Part shown: one piece after another, positions 12,350 through 27,341 of the stretch
How the letters are laid out: every line of letters starts with the position of its first letter
Numbering within the stretch: position 1 is the stretch's first letter
NCBI GenBank assembly: GCA_009103225.1
Contig: RHPI01002533.1
Coordinates: 938,682 to 1,002,681, forward strand
Source: Chlorokybus atmophyticus
Taxonomy: Eukaryota > Plantae > Mesostigma and Chlorokybus algae
Direction of reading: 5' to 3'
DNA: 64,000 nucleotides
The notes under the pieces: model-generated
Databases searched by the model: none
Told to the model about the DNA's origin: nothing
Seen by the model: only the letters and a program-made list of their open reading frames with translations
Made by a program: the position numbers and the translations under genes

Positions 12350-14121
12350 ATGGTGGCTGCAGCTGCCGCCATGAAGGCGGTGGCAGGTGCGGCGACGTTG
12401 TCATCGTCGACGTCAACAGTGTTTTCAGGGTTGTCGCGGGGGCCGCGGCAGCGCTCGGCTCAGCGCGGACAGCGTGCCGCGCAGCAAAGTGTTGCGCGTG
12501 CAGCTTTAGCTGAAGCCAAGGGCCCACACACTGCTTTGGAGGTGGTGAAGTTGACCAACAAGCCCACAACGTCTGCTTCCCCCTTTAGCGTGGCTGTGGC
12601 GGAACCAGCCACGGGAGTGGTGTCCGTCGGTCGCAACACCTTGGCAAATGTTACTGCAGTCGTTGCGGACGACCTAGCACAGCTACACGAAGGCTTGATG
12701 GCGGTAAGCTGGTCTGTAGAGCATGCTGAATACGGCCTTTCCTTATGAACTATTACTTCACAAGCTCACTGTTGCACTGCGGTTATCATCAGTTTCCTGC
12801 ACATGGTCTACACTTTGTGTATGTGTCATTGGTGCTTGCAGTAAGTACAATACAGTAATCATGTTGGACAAGTGCTTGCTGCAAACACTAAGCTTGCACA
12901 ATTTCATGGTTGCAGGTTGTTGGAAACCGGCATCCTGTTTTGATGCAAGCAGCAGAGCAGATATTCAAAGCAGGGGGCAAGCGAATTCGTCCAGCATTGG
13001 TGTTCCTCGCCTCCAGAGCCACATCCGAACTTGCAGGGCTCTCGTAAGTGATGTGATTTTGCGGGTGTGTGCAGCTTGGGTTGAGAACCAAGCTGTTGTT
13101 GTGCCATTTGTTGCCTGACTCTATTCATATTTCACAGAGACATCCGATGGCAACATAGGAGGCTGGCAGAAGTTATAGAGATGATACATACAGCAAGTTT
13201 GGTACATGACGACGTCTTGGATGAGGCTGCCACACGACGAGGTGAGCCTTGCCAGCTGCATGTCGGTTGATAACATCAATTGTGCAGTTGCAGGGTGCGC
13301 ATGTGAAACTGTGGATGTATACTGTTGGCCTTGACTGCTCATCAATCCGTCTGCATTGCAGGTGTCCCCACCGTCCACAAGAAGTTTGGTACCCGCGTGG
13401 CAGTGCTAGTTGGAGACTATCTGTTCTCCCAATCATCACGGCAGCTTGCTTACTTAGAGAACCTGGAAGTTATCAAGCTGATTAGTGAGGTATTGCCTGT
13501 GTTGGCTCTTCTGGCAGTGATGATGCTGACCTAGCCGTGGTGAATAAACATGCTGACCGGTATGTGTGTCAGGTTATTGCAAGTTTTGCTGATGGAGAGA
13601 TCGCACAAGCGCAAGCCTTGTTTAACGTGGACTTGACAATGGAAGAGTACCTGGACAAGAGCTTTTACAAGACTGCATCCTTGGTTGCCGCTGCTACGAA
13701 GAGTGCAGCCATCTTCAGTGACGTGGGACCTGAAGTGTCGCACCAGATGTACGAATATGGACGACATCTGGGCCTTGCCTTCCAGATCGTCGATGATATT
13801 CTAGATTTTACCCAGAGTACCGAGCAGCTGGGCAAGCCAGCTGGTAGTGACCTCGCCAGTGGCAATTTGACTGCGCCAGCATTGTTTGCCATGCAGCGTG
13901 AGCCGTTGCTGCGTGAAATCATCGAGAGCGAGTTTCAAGAGGAGGGTTCTCTTGATGAGGCATTGAGGTTGATTGAGAAAGCTGGCGGCATTGCTGAGGC
14001 ACGTGCACTTGCAAGGCAGGAGGGTGAGCTTGCATGGAAGTGCTTGCAGTGCCTGCCGGTTTGTGATGCGCGGCGAGGGTTAGAAGGAATGGTGGAGGTA
14101 GTCTTAGAAAGAATGCACTAG
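12350..14121 (+). CDS. SPS: Solanesyl diphosphate synthase (trans-long-chain prenyl diphosphate synthase) with a probable plastid transit peptide; 5 exons
   Basis: Exons 12350-12703, 12916-13043, 13138-13241, 13362-13489 and 13573-14121, all GT-AG. Motifs [22 protein letters not shown] (FARM), [19 protein letters not shown] (SARM) and GKPAGSDL…GNLTAP. Ala/Ser-rich N-terminus. Confidence 0.93.
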
Positions 14122-17074
14122 TTCACACTGGCACATGGCAGCGTCTGGAACAGCTGCCAGCTGTTTATATCTTGTTCATTATAGTATTGTATTCATTGGT
14201 ATTGTTGGAATTCAGCATAACTTGGCTGTGTCTTCTCAGAGATTCTGCCAGATATGTGCAGGTCAATTCTGTGTAGTACTGTTTCCTATATTCTTGTGGT
14301 CATCCCAACTGCAATTGGTGGATTGATTGTCAGCAGCGCTGTCGTGTGCATGCATTTCTGCGCATTGTTGGCAGCTGCCATTTGACCCCCGCTGTGCTCA
14401 GCTGTGCTACAGTCCGTCTGCATTGAGCTCTAGCCTAGGCATCTCTTGTGCTTCACTTCTTTGCTCTATAAAAATGGTCAAGCTTTAGCCTGTCATCACA
14501 AACAAGGCCGCCCTTTACACACATGTGCATGGGTGTGTGTAGTGCATTGTGTTGAGGAATAACAAGTGCTTGTTATGGATAATGTAGGGTAGTAGTGCGT
14601 AGATAAGGCGCTTGTTTAGGTTGGTCATTTGTGGTGATCTCTTGCATGCCTTGCTACTGCCAATGCCCTACACCTTATGTGCACGCACTTAGCTAGGCCA
14701 TATAGCAATAGGCACCCCTGCTATAATGGTGACTCTGCTGTGATGTGTGCGCTTGGAGTAGCATGGACATGACCCGCACCCACCGTACGTCTGTGATTAA
14801 TAGAAGATTGAACTTATCCCCCCCCCCCCCCCCAAAAAAAAACAATTGCTATAATGGTTAGTCTGCTGTTGGTGTAAAGGGTAGAACCAAGGGGTCCTTT
14901 ACCCGATCTAACCAATGTGAAAATTACACACAAACACATGTGCGTGCATAGTGTGAGCCAATTAGACAATGTCTTCACGGTAGAGAGTGCCCCATCCTCT
15001 GTAGCTGGCTGTAGCGACATTGTAACGGGGCGATATGGTGGAACCACATGTAGACGGCGTCCAATTGGGCACCATATCTTTAAGTGACTTGCCCGCCTCC
15101 AGTGGTGTTCATGGCGACGGTGCTATGTTATTATTGTGCTTGATATTGCTATTGCCCCTATCGTTGTTTGCATCTACCGTATATGTCATAACGACAACAT
15201 ATGGTAAATAAAGAGCCCCAAGTCACATGCATAAGAGCATACTCCCTCAGTAAAGGACAACATGCTTGTTAAGTAGTGGTTAGCCAAGTGTTAAGTATAG
15301 ACGACAGCTTTCAACATTATTCTCATCCAAGTAATGATGATCACAATGCGTGGCATTATTAATGTTTTCAAACATCATTTGTTCGATAGCTGCATTCCGG
15401 ACTCAAAGTTAAGGGTAGTTCATAAATAAAGCTGACCATAAAGCAGCTGCTCATAAGAGTACACTCCTTTTTTTGGGCCACAACCCAGAGGATTCTCAAT
15501 TTCTCTTCCATCAATGACTCTAGGCAACCATTTTCAATATTACACTCATCCAATTGATCATGGTTGCGACGTGTGCAATAATGTTTTCAAGCTTATTTTT
15601 TTCTGTAGCCGCACTCCTGACCCAAAGTTGGTAGTCAATGAGTGAAGCTGACAACAAAGCAACCGCTCACAAGAGTAAACTTATTCTCTTCATAGTCACA
15701 AACGGGGGATTGTCAATGTCTCTGTAGGGCTTCTCAGTGAATGATTCCTCAAGAGGGTAAGTTACATCCCAATAATTAATTACAAATAACAACATCATTA
15801 ACTACAAATAACAACGTTTATTATCAATCAACGCGTGACGTGGTCTAGCATAGGGACGTCCCATACGCATGCCGAGGTTCGTGTCTATGTACATGTGATG
15901 GATTGCTTGTGCCCTGCAGCGTGCTCAGGCATGGCGTTAAAAGGGCAACCATGGCCGTGTGTGTAGATTTAAGGTGGCCTCGTGAAACTTACCTCATACA
16001 GCAAATGGCCACCAATAATTGCTTGAGGTCAGCAGTGCTGTTGTCCTTGCGTAGCCGCTGTGCATAAGCAACGGTGGATTCGCTAAAAGCACACTCCAAT
16101 CCAGCCAAATAGAGTGCAGAAACCATATGTAGCAAGAACACACATTGCCAGCATAGGTTGAAACAGGGGGTAAGGCAAAGCTCCAGTACATAAGACCCTG
16201 GCATGTAGTTCTTTAAGGCTAGACCCTCAAGCAGCTGGCAAATGTATGTTGGAGAAGAGAGGTGAGACTTAGGCTATGGAGCTGCAAGGGCATGCACCAC
16301 GACGACGATCATCAGTTTTGCCTATGCGAAGACACACTAACATTGCTCACCGTAAAGTTTCCACGGTACAAGGTAGGCAAAGCTTACATTACTACCAACT
16401 TGAATATCAGTATACACTCAGCTCTACATGTGCCCACGATACGCGCATATGCATACATAATATGTTATTAAGTTAAGTGTTGTTGAGTTTTCTAGCTACA
16501 CCTCTTGGGCAACATTTTCAAGGTGTTACCCATATGTAAATGTGCAACTCAATCTTAATAATTTGTCACCATCTCCCTATTTACATGTTTATGACGTTAA
16601 GTGTAGAATCCGTAGTGCTATGCACCCGTCTATCTTTCATCCACATGCAAGCCACCTATCATTTAACACCCCCCCCCCCCCCAATACCACCAACGCCTGG
16701 CACCAAGCACTCGCATCTCGCATCACCACATTATGCGTGCCATCATGCAAACTTCACGTCATAAGCACCACAATATCCGACCAACCCAATGTAATTCTAG
16801 GAAGAGACAGACTGGGGTGTTGAAAGCAAACAAACATCTCGTCATGCCCACATGAAACGTGCGGATATGGCTGATATGATGGACAACTGTTAAAATAGAC
16901 CAAACAGCAACCGTGAGTAACGGTAGTGACGAGTCCCTGACGACCTTGTATCTGACACAACCAATGTTCAACAGCGCTGCCCTGTACACAGCATGTAAGA
17001 GCTGTCATAATGCCGCACGCCTAAGCAATCCATTTAGACCAAGCCAACAATCTCCTACATAATGCAACCAGCTG

Positions 17075-20000
17075 TCACTGACAGCCTGTTAGCAACGTAC
17101 TGTACAACCGTTTTAGCGAGGGGCACACAGTACGGAAGTGGTCCAACATGTCTGCCGTAATCTGCGCAGGACACGGTTCAGGGAAGTCACAACCATGTTA
17201 TCAACTTGCAACACTGGTTCTACAAGAACATGACCTCATACCTGTGAGCAATCTCGAACATCCAAGGTCTCCAGTACTGGGAGCTGGGATAGGGCATACC
17301 CCAAGGTCTTCACATCTAGGCAACAAGCCTGTTGATTCAACAACATGTGTCAGATACACCAACAAGGCATGACGCATCCGGTAGCACATAACTCTTGAGC
17401 AGCTTGCAGCGCACACAACAGGCACACCGCACCTGCAGGTACAAGCTGTGCAGACGGTCACACCTAAGGTTCAGCTCCGTAAGGTGCAGGCAATCACTGC
17501 ACAAGCCACACCACCGCATGTTAATTTGGCTTCAGCCAGAACGGCTCAACACAGCAACCCAAGACATGACATGTAAAACTTGTATGGCCTTTCTTCAGCC
17601 TGATAACAGACTGTACCTGAGGTTGAGGGATGTCAGGTTAGGGCATGTCAGCTGCACACTGCGTACTGCCGAGAGGCGCAGATTGAGAGTTTGAATGGCA
17701 GCCCCAATGCCTGAACCACTGATGACACAAGCTCGTAAGCCATCACAGCCAACGCAGCTTAAACTTTCCAATAGCTTTATTGATTCCTCTTTGCTGGGTC
17801 CACCAGCGGCAAGGGAAGCAGATGACAAATGATGCCACAACCGATCAGTAACGCGAGAGCAACCGTTCAAGTTGACTGAGACCAAGCCTCTGCAGGCAGT
17901 CAAGGCCGCACCAACAGCATCACCACTGCCAGCAACAACATGATAGCTCAGAACACTTTGTTCCGACAACCAAAAACAGCTTCTGGTGACTTCAGCATAA
18001 CTGTACCACATAGACATGACTAAACAAGACCTACAAACTGCACCTGAGATTGCAGTACGACAAGTCAAGTCGCTGCAAGCGAGGGAGAATGTCTGGATCG
18101 CAGAGTGGCGCTATTGCATCGTCGCATAGAAGCTTGCACGCTGACAGATGCAAGCATTCTAGGGCAGGACACGAGGAAAACACCTGTAACCCAAGATAAA
18201 GAAAGTTGTCAGAACACCATGCATCATGTCACATTACAACTAGCACATGGCCGTAAGGGTTAACTGGCCAACCACAGTTTGTGCTTGACTGAAACAACTT
18301 GTGCACAATGTGTTAAGCCATCAAGAGCTGACAGCTATCCTGCACCAGCGAGGCTTACCGGCATCAAATCACTTAGGTCAGTGTATGACAGGTCAAGGAA
18401 CGTGAGATGCGGAAGCCGCTTCAATGTGGCCAACCCTGCAGAACCGACGCCCGGGCAGGCAGCTAACACAAGGGTGCGGAGTGATGTACAATGGTTGCTT
18501 GTGGCTTCCAGGCAGCTGTCATCTATTTGGCTGCAAAACACCAATGCTTAATAGGCACAAAGGCGACAGTGCAAGCCTGGACGAAACTATGCCACAGTGT
18601 CGTTGTCAAAACCAGATGACGCATACTTGCAGTATGAGGCGTCGATGGTTGTCAACTGCGGCGCTGCAATGGCAATGCGGCTTAGTTTGCCACAGCCTCG
18701 CAGCTCAAGGTTGGTCAACTGCGGTGCTAGCAGAGTCAAGGAGTCCAGTCGTGGGCAGATTCCCAAGTTGAGCTCTGTCAATCCCACTGGATGAAGCACA
18801 ACCTGCTGCAATTGATCACACCCATCCAAGCCCAATTGCTTCAAGCTGGGACAGCTGCAGGACAAGACAGCAGTAAGATAGCAGCCTGGATGCCCATGCG
18901 CATACTGTACCGTAAAGGGCGCAGCGAGATGTACGCAAACAATAGCAACAACCGCAGCTTGCATACAACTGTCACACTCGCTGTACGTGTCACAGAAGGT
19001 GACGCGCAATGTGCAGGCAAACACGAACTTACTTGAGAGACAGGCTGGTCAGCTTGCGACAAGATGTAAGGCAAATGCTTTGCAACGAGTCCGAATGGAG
19101 GTTGCCAGCGGTAACACCCTGAGACCAACAGCTAACTGAGCAAGATTCACGCCAGGACCTATATCTGCACCAAGCTCCTGGCATGTGTTACCTCACAGGA
19201 GTCCAACGTGAAAGCCTTCAATGCTGGGCAGCCACCGTCTGATGAAGCGGTTGCAAATATTGTATTGTTTAGAGCATCACAGTCGTAAAACGTGATGTCT
19301 GAAAGGTTGGGGCACTGCAGATGGACTGCTGCAAGCCTGTACATGCAGCGGAATGCCAGTGAAGTCAGCGCAACGGCTGAAATCCTGATCGCTGACAGCG
19401 AAGAACACTCAGACACATTCAAGCTCGTCAGCGCGGGGCTTTGGACATGAACGGTAGTTAACCTGCAATCGACCACAGTCATAAGTCAACAGGTCCTACA
19501 GCGAGACTGCAACACTGCCCACTGACACTCACCATCAACAAGCAAACCACGTTTGTACAACAACACTTACTTGCGGCAACGGAAGAAAGTTATTGTCCTC
19601 AAGCGAGGTAACCGTAGTGTCACGTTTTGCAACAAGCCGCAATCATCCAGGTTGAGCTCTGACAGTGCCGTCCAGTGACACAGCTCTTGTACACTGGTTG
19701 AAGTTATTCCGACACACTCCTTGAAGCATGCATGATCCACTCCCAGCATGCGCACTCCCTACAAGCAATAGAGATGTTGGGAGGTAACAAGGCAGCTGAT
19801 GCCAGGACAATCATATGCGAACGAATCATCTGCGTACCTCCAAAGTAATGTTGGGGCAGTGTGACGCATTCAAAAAGCTAAGATTTGGGCAGCTGCTAGC
19901 AATCTCACGAAGTGTTTCATCTGATATAGATCCACACCCACTGCAACACAACAATGAGATTGATGATGTCTCACAGCAGCGACTAGCAAGGTAAGGAGAG

Positions 20001-21679
20001 CTATACTTGGCAAGCCACACATACCTGACATCTAGCGAAGTGATAGTCGGACAAGCACAAACAGCGGCACGAATCGCTGCGTCTGGCAGTTTAATGCATT
20101 CTGAAAGGTCCAGAGTTTGGAGCTGCGGACAGACCAACAGCAGAGATGCGGTTGCCGTGCCAAGAAGGGACAGAGTGTGGAGCTGCGGATACCTGCAAGG
20201 CATGCATTCCGCATTGTTGAGTACAGCGAGTGTTGAAACCAGTATGTGCCTTTGCCAGCGGCCAACACTAAGAGTTCGTGACATCACAGCTAGAATGCAT
20301 GTGCCAGATGCTGTTGCTTTCAATGCGTGTGAGCTGTTCCATAGACGCACTGAGCATGTGTACGCAAACTAAACGAGCACTACTGTCACACAGCCTTCAC
20401 GCCACTAGTGCTGAATAACCCACCTGATAACCAGCCGTGATACACGCCACGCAATCAGCTTCAAGGTTTTCACGTTGGGATGCCTCATATCAAGGTCAGA
20501 AGGTCCTCCACTACCCGACCATGACCCTTTAAGAGTCAGAGTTTCAAGCTGTAAGCATCTGGATGCCAGTGTCAAGAAAACGCCATCACCAACGTACCGC
20601 TGCCCCATTGTAAGGCTTGTGAGTCGCCTATTGCACAACAAAGTTTGCACAGAGATTGCGCGAGCCATTCCAACTGTGCTGCAACATGGCAAAGTGGCAA
20701 AGCGCATGAGTGACAATGTTCTTACTCCATGGTTGCCAATGTACTTTTCAGCTGAATTTCATCAGGGAAAGCCACACCCTTTACGTTCAAGGTATGTACA
20801 TGCTCCGCATAGCGTTTGCACATGGCCGCCGCTACACATAAACAAATGTCAAAAATTGACTAGGGAAGCGCAATGCGCGAACACATCACACGCATTTGTG
20901 GTACCTTGCTGCCAAGTGATGTTGCGCTTCTCAAAATTCAAAGTCTGCCAAAACTCCGGGCGTGTGGCAAGAGCTTTCCACTGCGTGCAAACCACTGCAC
21001 ACGCGCACAAGTCCACATCCTCCAAAAAGGAAAACACCTGCACAACTCAACAACCATCAAGCACAGCTTGCGCTGCGGGCAGCACAGAACTGCCAAACTG
21101 GAGGTGTCATTACCTGGAATAACAGATTGTCATCGAGCTCACTGAATCCCTGATGCTCTGCCAACCCTAAATCTAAGTCCATCCCGCCAAGTACTTGTGC
21201 TTCTCGCTCATCACCATGCTGGGAGACTTCTGCAACTGCTGCACACGTTCCTGGGTCCATGTCTGACCCACTGCACATGCACATATATTGGACAGGTAAA
21301 CATGCTGTTGTCCAACGCAGCCACATGACTTCGTGGACAATGAGGCATGCGCCAGCACACGACTGCGCCAAATTGTGCAAACGGGAGGCTGAGACATCAG
21401 GGTAAAGAACACTATCTACTTAAATTTCGCATGCAAGGTGCAGCTGCACAACACGTACGTCGCCAAGAAGCGGGAGCGCTTTGACTGTGGAGATGGCTCT
21501 TCCGCAAAGGTGCTTTCTACGCCAGGCGCCAGGTGCGCCAGTTGTCTCGCGAAAGGCTCACCCCGTTCTACCAACTGCACTGCGCGGCCATCGCCCACGC
21601 TGTCGTGCCGGAAGAAAAGGACAACGTCCTCGTCGTCAGTGTGCTCGATTTCATCCAATGCCACAAACGCGCCTTCCAT
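17075..21679 (-). CDS. FBL15: F-box/LRR-repeat protein, plant FBL15/SLOMO-like; multi-exon
   Basis: F-box VFSFLEDVDLCACAVVCTQWKALATRPEFWQTLNFE, followed by many Cys-containing LRRs (LDLSECIKLPDAAIR, LNLGICPRL, LSCVGCDGLR). The C-terminus ends …VCPSLKRLYSTLLTGCQ* (stop at 17075). The start codon is inferred; a probable 5' UTR exon donor lies at about 21955. Confidence 0.85.
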
Positions 21680-24293
21680 CACCCCAAGAAAACCCTCGGC
21701 ATCCCCGCTGTCCCCAAGCAGCAACCTGGCAGACCATGTAAGAGAACCATGAGAGACCGTCCACGGCCGATGACCTTGACTCGACCAACAGCGGCGCCGA
21801 CAGCGACGTCACAGCCACTGCGACAATCCTCACCCCAACCCTAACCCTAACAGCCCATTTCTCAGTACAAACGCCTGGCAAGGCGGGTTGCACAGTCCAC
21901 ACTGTTAGTCAACGCAATGCACACTGACCATGTAGTCGTGACCACACAGCCTTACCTTGCCGCACTCACCGCCGCCGCCGCCACCGCCGTCGCCCCAGTC
22001 CGTCCACAGTCAAGCGCGTTGCGCATTAGCTTTGAGGAAACCGCAGTTAGTAATCAAAACTGACTGCGGATATACTGCGTGCCTTGGCGATATCCTTGGC
22101 CTACCTCACGTGGTGGCGTGGGTAGTTTCTTTTACATTACATGGGCAGCAGTATGCAAGGGTGATGCCTTGGTGTTGCGGGGCGGCGGCGGCTGCAAGGC
22201 CAGGGGTCGCCAAGCAGGGTGTGGCAGAGTGTGTGCTAGCGGCCGCCGCTGCGTTCTGCCCCGGGGACGATCACAAGGCCACCTGTGCGCTGCTGGCGCC
22301 ATCCGGAGCTCTAATGTATGCGAGCGCTCGCACCCACGCACGCAATCACAGTGCGACAGCCTAATCATGCTGCCGCTTGTGTTGGCTTGCATAGGGTATA
22401 ATTCAAATCTTACACATGCAGTCCGAGCATCCACATGCACCACAGCAGCAAGACGAGGTCAAGCAAGCAGGCAAGCATAGTTACATTATGCCCGGGGCCA
22501 TCACGCTACACAATGAGTGATCCTATGTGCCATGGTGGGTGTACGAGTGAGGCAGGCATTAGCAGCAAGTACCAAAATATGAAGTAACCAACCTGAGGCA
22601 CATAAGTTGCGCAACAGTCAGCCCAGTAGAGGTTGGGAGCAGGAAACAGCAAGCAGGCGTGGTGTGGTATGTGCTGTGCTGTACTCTACGCCCGCCCCCT
22701 TTCCCCGTCACTCTCCCTGCCTTGCATGCCTGACTGTTTGTGTGTGTTTGTTCATATGTTTATTCGTTGGGTTTTTTGTTTGTTGCTTGGTTTATTTGGC
22801 CCTGACTGCATGTCTGGAGCTTTTTGTTGCCTGTTGTTATTGTTGCAATTGCCATACAACAGGAAGTGTACACTATTTACACAGTTGCGAAGCTCCCAGC
22901 GAAGTACATGTGCGCTTCCCCTCCCCAACTGCCTTTAAAGTGTTGTTCATGTAGATATGTATATCCATCTGATTGTATGTAACTGTCTGATCGGTTGCTT
23001 GTTGTTTGTGCTGTGTAGCGCCCACGCAGGGCCACATGCTGCAGTTGACGAGGCGCTGCTCGTGCGCATATCGCTGCTCAAGCGCGCAACACTAACTCTG
23101 GGTTGGTACGCTTGCTGTGGCTGACTGAAATGTGAGATCCCCAAAGACATAACTCGGAGTGTGCCAACAAACTCAGATATAATGTTCCGACAACAGGTGA
23201 CCGTCTGGGTGCGGCGTGTCCTGCCATTCGTGTAAAGGGCGAGAGCCGCCTTTGCGTGTGCTACGACGTTGCAGACCATGTAAGAGCTTCTAAGTGTTGA
23301 CAAAACGGGAAAGGTTCTGGTGCCTACCGTACCTGCGCGACTGAGCAATTGTACACCACAGGTGTTGGCGGTGTGGGTGGATTTGCACGTGACAACTTTA
23401 GCTTTGCACGATGGCGCTGCTGTGGACGCACATATGCAGACAATTCTTCAAAAATTGGGGCTGCTGTTGTCCTCTGATGTGTAGACGTGATATCTTTACT
23501 GTCAAGTGTTGCGAATGACGGGAGCGAGCGGAATGCAATCAGGCATGGTACAATGCGTACGGCACTCGCAGCAATGCATGCTGCCACAGTGAGATAAGCC
23601 GTATAATTTGCTTCAACGATGCATTGAACCTTATCACTTGCACACGACACTGTTGAGTGCACTTGTGACTCAGCGGTTTGGGTTGGGCTTAGTGCAGGTC
23701 AGTTCCGACCAAGGTTACAATGAACGGATGCCATGCTTCACCTGCTCTGTGTCTGCCATTCGGGCATTGAAGTTCTGGGATGCTGAGAACAAGTGCTGCT
23801 TGTCACGGCCTAGAGGGCTTGCTTTTGAGGCAGCAGCAATCAGCACCAAGGCAAAGGTTTGATGTGACATGCATTTTGCTGAGTAGCTTACTACGTCGCA
23901 GCAATATCTACTGGTGGCCTTGCTCGATGTGCACAACTGCTTGGGTGCCTGATTATACCAACACCCAGCATACCACTGGGTAATTCAGTCTGCAATCAAT
24001 ACCAACGCTGCTTGCTGACATATGCTACAAGTCAACATGGGCATGGCAACACACTGCTTTGATATGTACAAACAGCAGCGGACCACAAGCTCAGGGCCGA
24101 CGGCGCCACGAGCGTGGTTGCTGCTCTATGTTATTGCCATACGCAGCTCATGTGGAGCCAAAGACACCTCTCACCTCAAAATGTCCTTTGAACCTCAAGC
24201 TGGCTCGTCTCATTTACAATGTCGCCGCGTGTGCTCAACAAAACAGCATCAGCTAACCCTAACGGTGGGCTACAAGGCAGTGATCGCAAGCCG

Positions 24294-27240
24294 CTACCAC
24301 ATAAACCTTTGAATGCCAGGTTCATGTGACCACTCATATGGATGGTACAGGAATAGCCGCAGAACAACTGTGTTCAGTGCCATAAACATCAACATCGTCA
24401 AGGTCACTGGTAAGTTGTGTAACGGGCGTCGAGTGTGCAAAGCGGCAAACAGGAACGGGATGGTATAGTAACGGAACTCCAGCATCAAAGCAGGTACCAG
24501 TGCTGTGCCGGTCACAATCAGGAATAGAAGCACCCACAACTCAGACACTGTCTGCCCTGCAAGCCAACAAATTGCTTGTTACCCACACTACGCCGGTTGA
24601 TTGGTAATAGTGGTGGTTGCTGCACGTAGTAACCCACAACATAACATCAAACAGCATGTTGACGCAACGCGAGCCTTACTCAGCTCATGGAGAATAGACC
24701 AGAAACTGTAGATGTACGCCGGTATCAAGGCATACTTCACCGCCCAGTGCTTGCGGAAAATGTCTTTCCATACATAGAAAGTATAGTGCCGGTTGTCCGC
24801 CAACAGGTATGGATGCACCAGACTGCACACACAAGAACACTGTGTTAACTACACACATTGAACTGTGGCGTTCAATGCACAGGGAAGGTGCAGCACGAAC
24901 AGTAACAAGCCTTGCTGCAAGGGAGCTACAGCAATCGGTGACACATGCTGACCTGCCCCAATAGACCATTGCCCACACTGCAATAACCGTAATGAGGAAC
25001 TTTGAGACAAACATCCTTGGCGACCATTTAAGGCGCTGCCTAAGAAAGCTGAGAAGCGTCCCCAGGCGGGCCGGGCTCCAGTGCAGTGGTGCCATCATTA
25101 TCGATATGAACAGGAAGCAGTACAACGGCTGTGCAAAGTGCAGAGCCGGCCGATGCGCAGAGCGATCACCTGCCAGCAGCGGTTGGCAAGAACTCCACAT
25201 TTCGCTTTAAGGCACTGCTTAGCCACATATGTCAAGTGCCAGGCAGACTTACCAACCACAATGCCACCGTTGCCCTTGACAAACGCGGCGAACATGGTCA
25301 CCACACTTATGCTTGGCCAGAAGTGCTTGAGCAACTTTAGCCGATAATGCCAAGCATCAGCCAAGGCATACTGCAACTGCTCAATTATGCCTGTGTTAGC
25401 ACGCATGCATCAGCCATGAGTGACGACAGAGAGCTTTGCTGTACAAAGCATTCTTTGGCAATAGCAGAAACCGACACACCAGCCAGATGATGCACATGAA
25501 GCTGACTCAGGCCAATGTGGACTATTGGCAGCAGGCAAGGGAAGTACCTTCCGGCTGCTCCACTTCTGCACCTTTCCTTGTCTTTAACATGCTTGCATAA
25601 TGAGAGGACCTGACATAGAGCCTGCCGGTTTCCTGCTCAAGGACCTCCAGCATGCCGACGGCTACAGAAAACATGAGCCACACCACGTTTGTTTGCCTGC
25701 ACAAGACTGCGAATGCACCTATCTGCAATACGACACGATAGCATTATACTCCGCACACAGCAGGTGTGCAAGAGGTGTAGAATAGTGGTACTGTACCAAT
25801 GCTGCACGCAGGTGGCGGCCTCGGAGGGTTGCGAGATGCATCGAGCACACTGCAGTTGTCGACACCACGTCCGTGTAGAACAAAAAGGTGTAGAAGAAGT
25901 GCAGTGGGTACAAGGCTAAGCCAAGAGCGACCATGCCGGGAAAGGCAACGCCCTGCAAGCAGTTGCTGTGCTGAGTGCAGCCCAGCAGCAAAGGCATTGT
26001 GGTAAGCTGCAAGGTAAAACATACCGGTTGTGTCCGCTGACAACCAAGTCAGATCAATGAACAGCACTGTACAGGTGTGTTTAAAAAAATGCAGCATTGT
26101 TACTATATGCGAGGAATGAACACAATATGCGCGCTGTAACTCGTAGACAGCAAGTTTGAGCTATGCTCAGCCGTGCTATCATTGTACTTCTACTGATGAC
26201 AACTGCCAATATCTGCGAGCACTCAAGTGTTATACAGCGATGGGTTGGGTGACTCCAAGCACTGCGAGACCTCAACAGTACGATGCATTTGTTGAAGTAG
26301 CGATTACTGTAGTAGTGACTACGCATTCAAGAGACACACATAACCCCCATATACTCCACCTCCATACACTGCACCTCAGATGGGTGCAGGGCTCGTCGTA
26401 TCTTGATGAACAGTCTTATGCAGTAAAAAGCAGCGACAATGTTGGTCGCTCGTAATGAAGATACACTACACGGACCAACCCTGCGCACCGAATGCGAGAC
26501 ACGATGAGGCTATGAAATGGAATGTCATGTGCACACGATCCGCACATGTGCACGCGCATTCGTACACTGTTTAAGGTTGCAACTTATGAGCTCGTACCCT
26601 CCAGCTGAAGAGGGTGGCTGAAGTACTGCCAGCAGTGGTTGTAGTAACCGAACGCATGATGCAGCAAATATGTACCTGAACAGTCAGCACGCATGCACGT
26701 TGATCGCTTGTTAAGCGCTGTGCGTATGCCATCATACACTTACAAGCCAGGAAAGGTTGTTATCTTTGGGTCCCAAGAGTGGAAGTCGAGCTGGCAGTAT
26801 CGTTGCGCCTGAGGGATGTGGAAGATCTCATCCTGCACATTGGGCAAGTGAGGCTTCTGAGCTTGACATTGTCACTCAAGTTGTCTAAAAGAACTGGGAA
26901 ACGGTAGCTGTCATGCAACAAGTGCATGCAGTGGTCAGTACTAGCCTACAGAGAAGCGGGGCGCCTCATGTGGCTGACCAACGTTTGATGTTAACCACTG
27001 CACCTTGACTGCTACAACCCAATGTGCTAACGAGATGTTGGTTGCTGCGAAAACTCAGAAATGCACTCGATGCAAGGAAGTGCCAGTACAGCAGCGCTGC
27101 AAAACGTTGCTGGTTGATGTGCAATATGCCAGCATTGTGCTCTTGCTAGGTAGGCAGGCGCTTACCATGTAGGGTTCGGGTACGTGCGCATTGACCAAGG
27201 CCGCGACGGGGGCATAGACGCCCGCCGCCGCTGCCGCCAT
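24294..27240 (-). CDS. ALG10: Dol-P-Glc:Glc2Man9GlcNAc2-PP-Dol alpha-1,2-glucosyltransferase; multi-exon
   Basis: VPEPYM|[13 protein letters not shown]…[59 protein letters not shown] and the terminal RFMW*. Confidence 0.93.
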
Positions 27241-27341
27241 CGCCGCCGCCGCTGTCGCATCCACAACAACACCTGTGGTTCAAACGTGCTCCCATTTGCA
27301 CTAGGGTTTTGAAGGCAGGGGCGGCAGTGGCGGGCGCAGGG
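27241..27341. promoter_or_regulatory. Compact divergent promoter between ALG10 and NDUFA2, containing a telo-box
   Basis: The inferred start codons are about 100 bp apart, head to head. TAGGGTTT at 27302-27309 is the reverse complement of the plant telo-box AAACCCTA. Confidence 0.5.

Noticed and set aside
15200-15800. AT-rich stretch resembling a decayed retroelement ORF; similar at 10620-11770 and 56650-58400
   Set aside because: No diagnostic motif could be recovered by hand translation.
21838-21850. CCCTAACCCTAAC and scattered CCCTAA(A) hexamers considered as interstitial telomere
   Set aside because: At most two units, which is expected by chance or as telo-box-like motifs.
22400-24290. 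Several 100-135 aa ORFs between FBL15 and ALG10
   Set aside because: No recognisable motifs. A lineage-specific gene cannot be excluded but is not supported.
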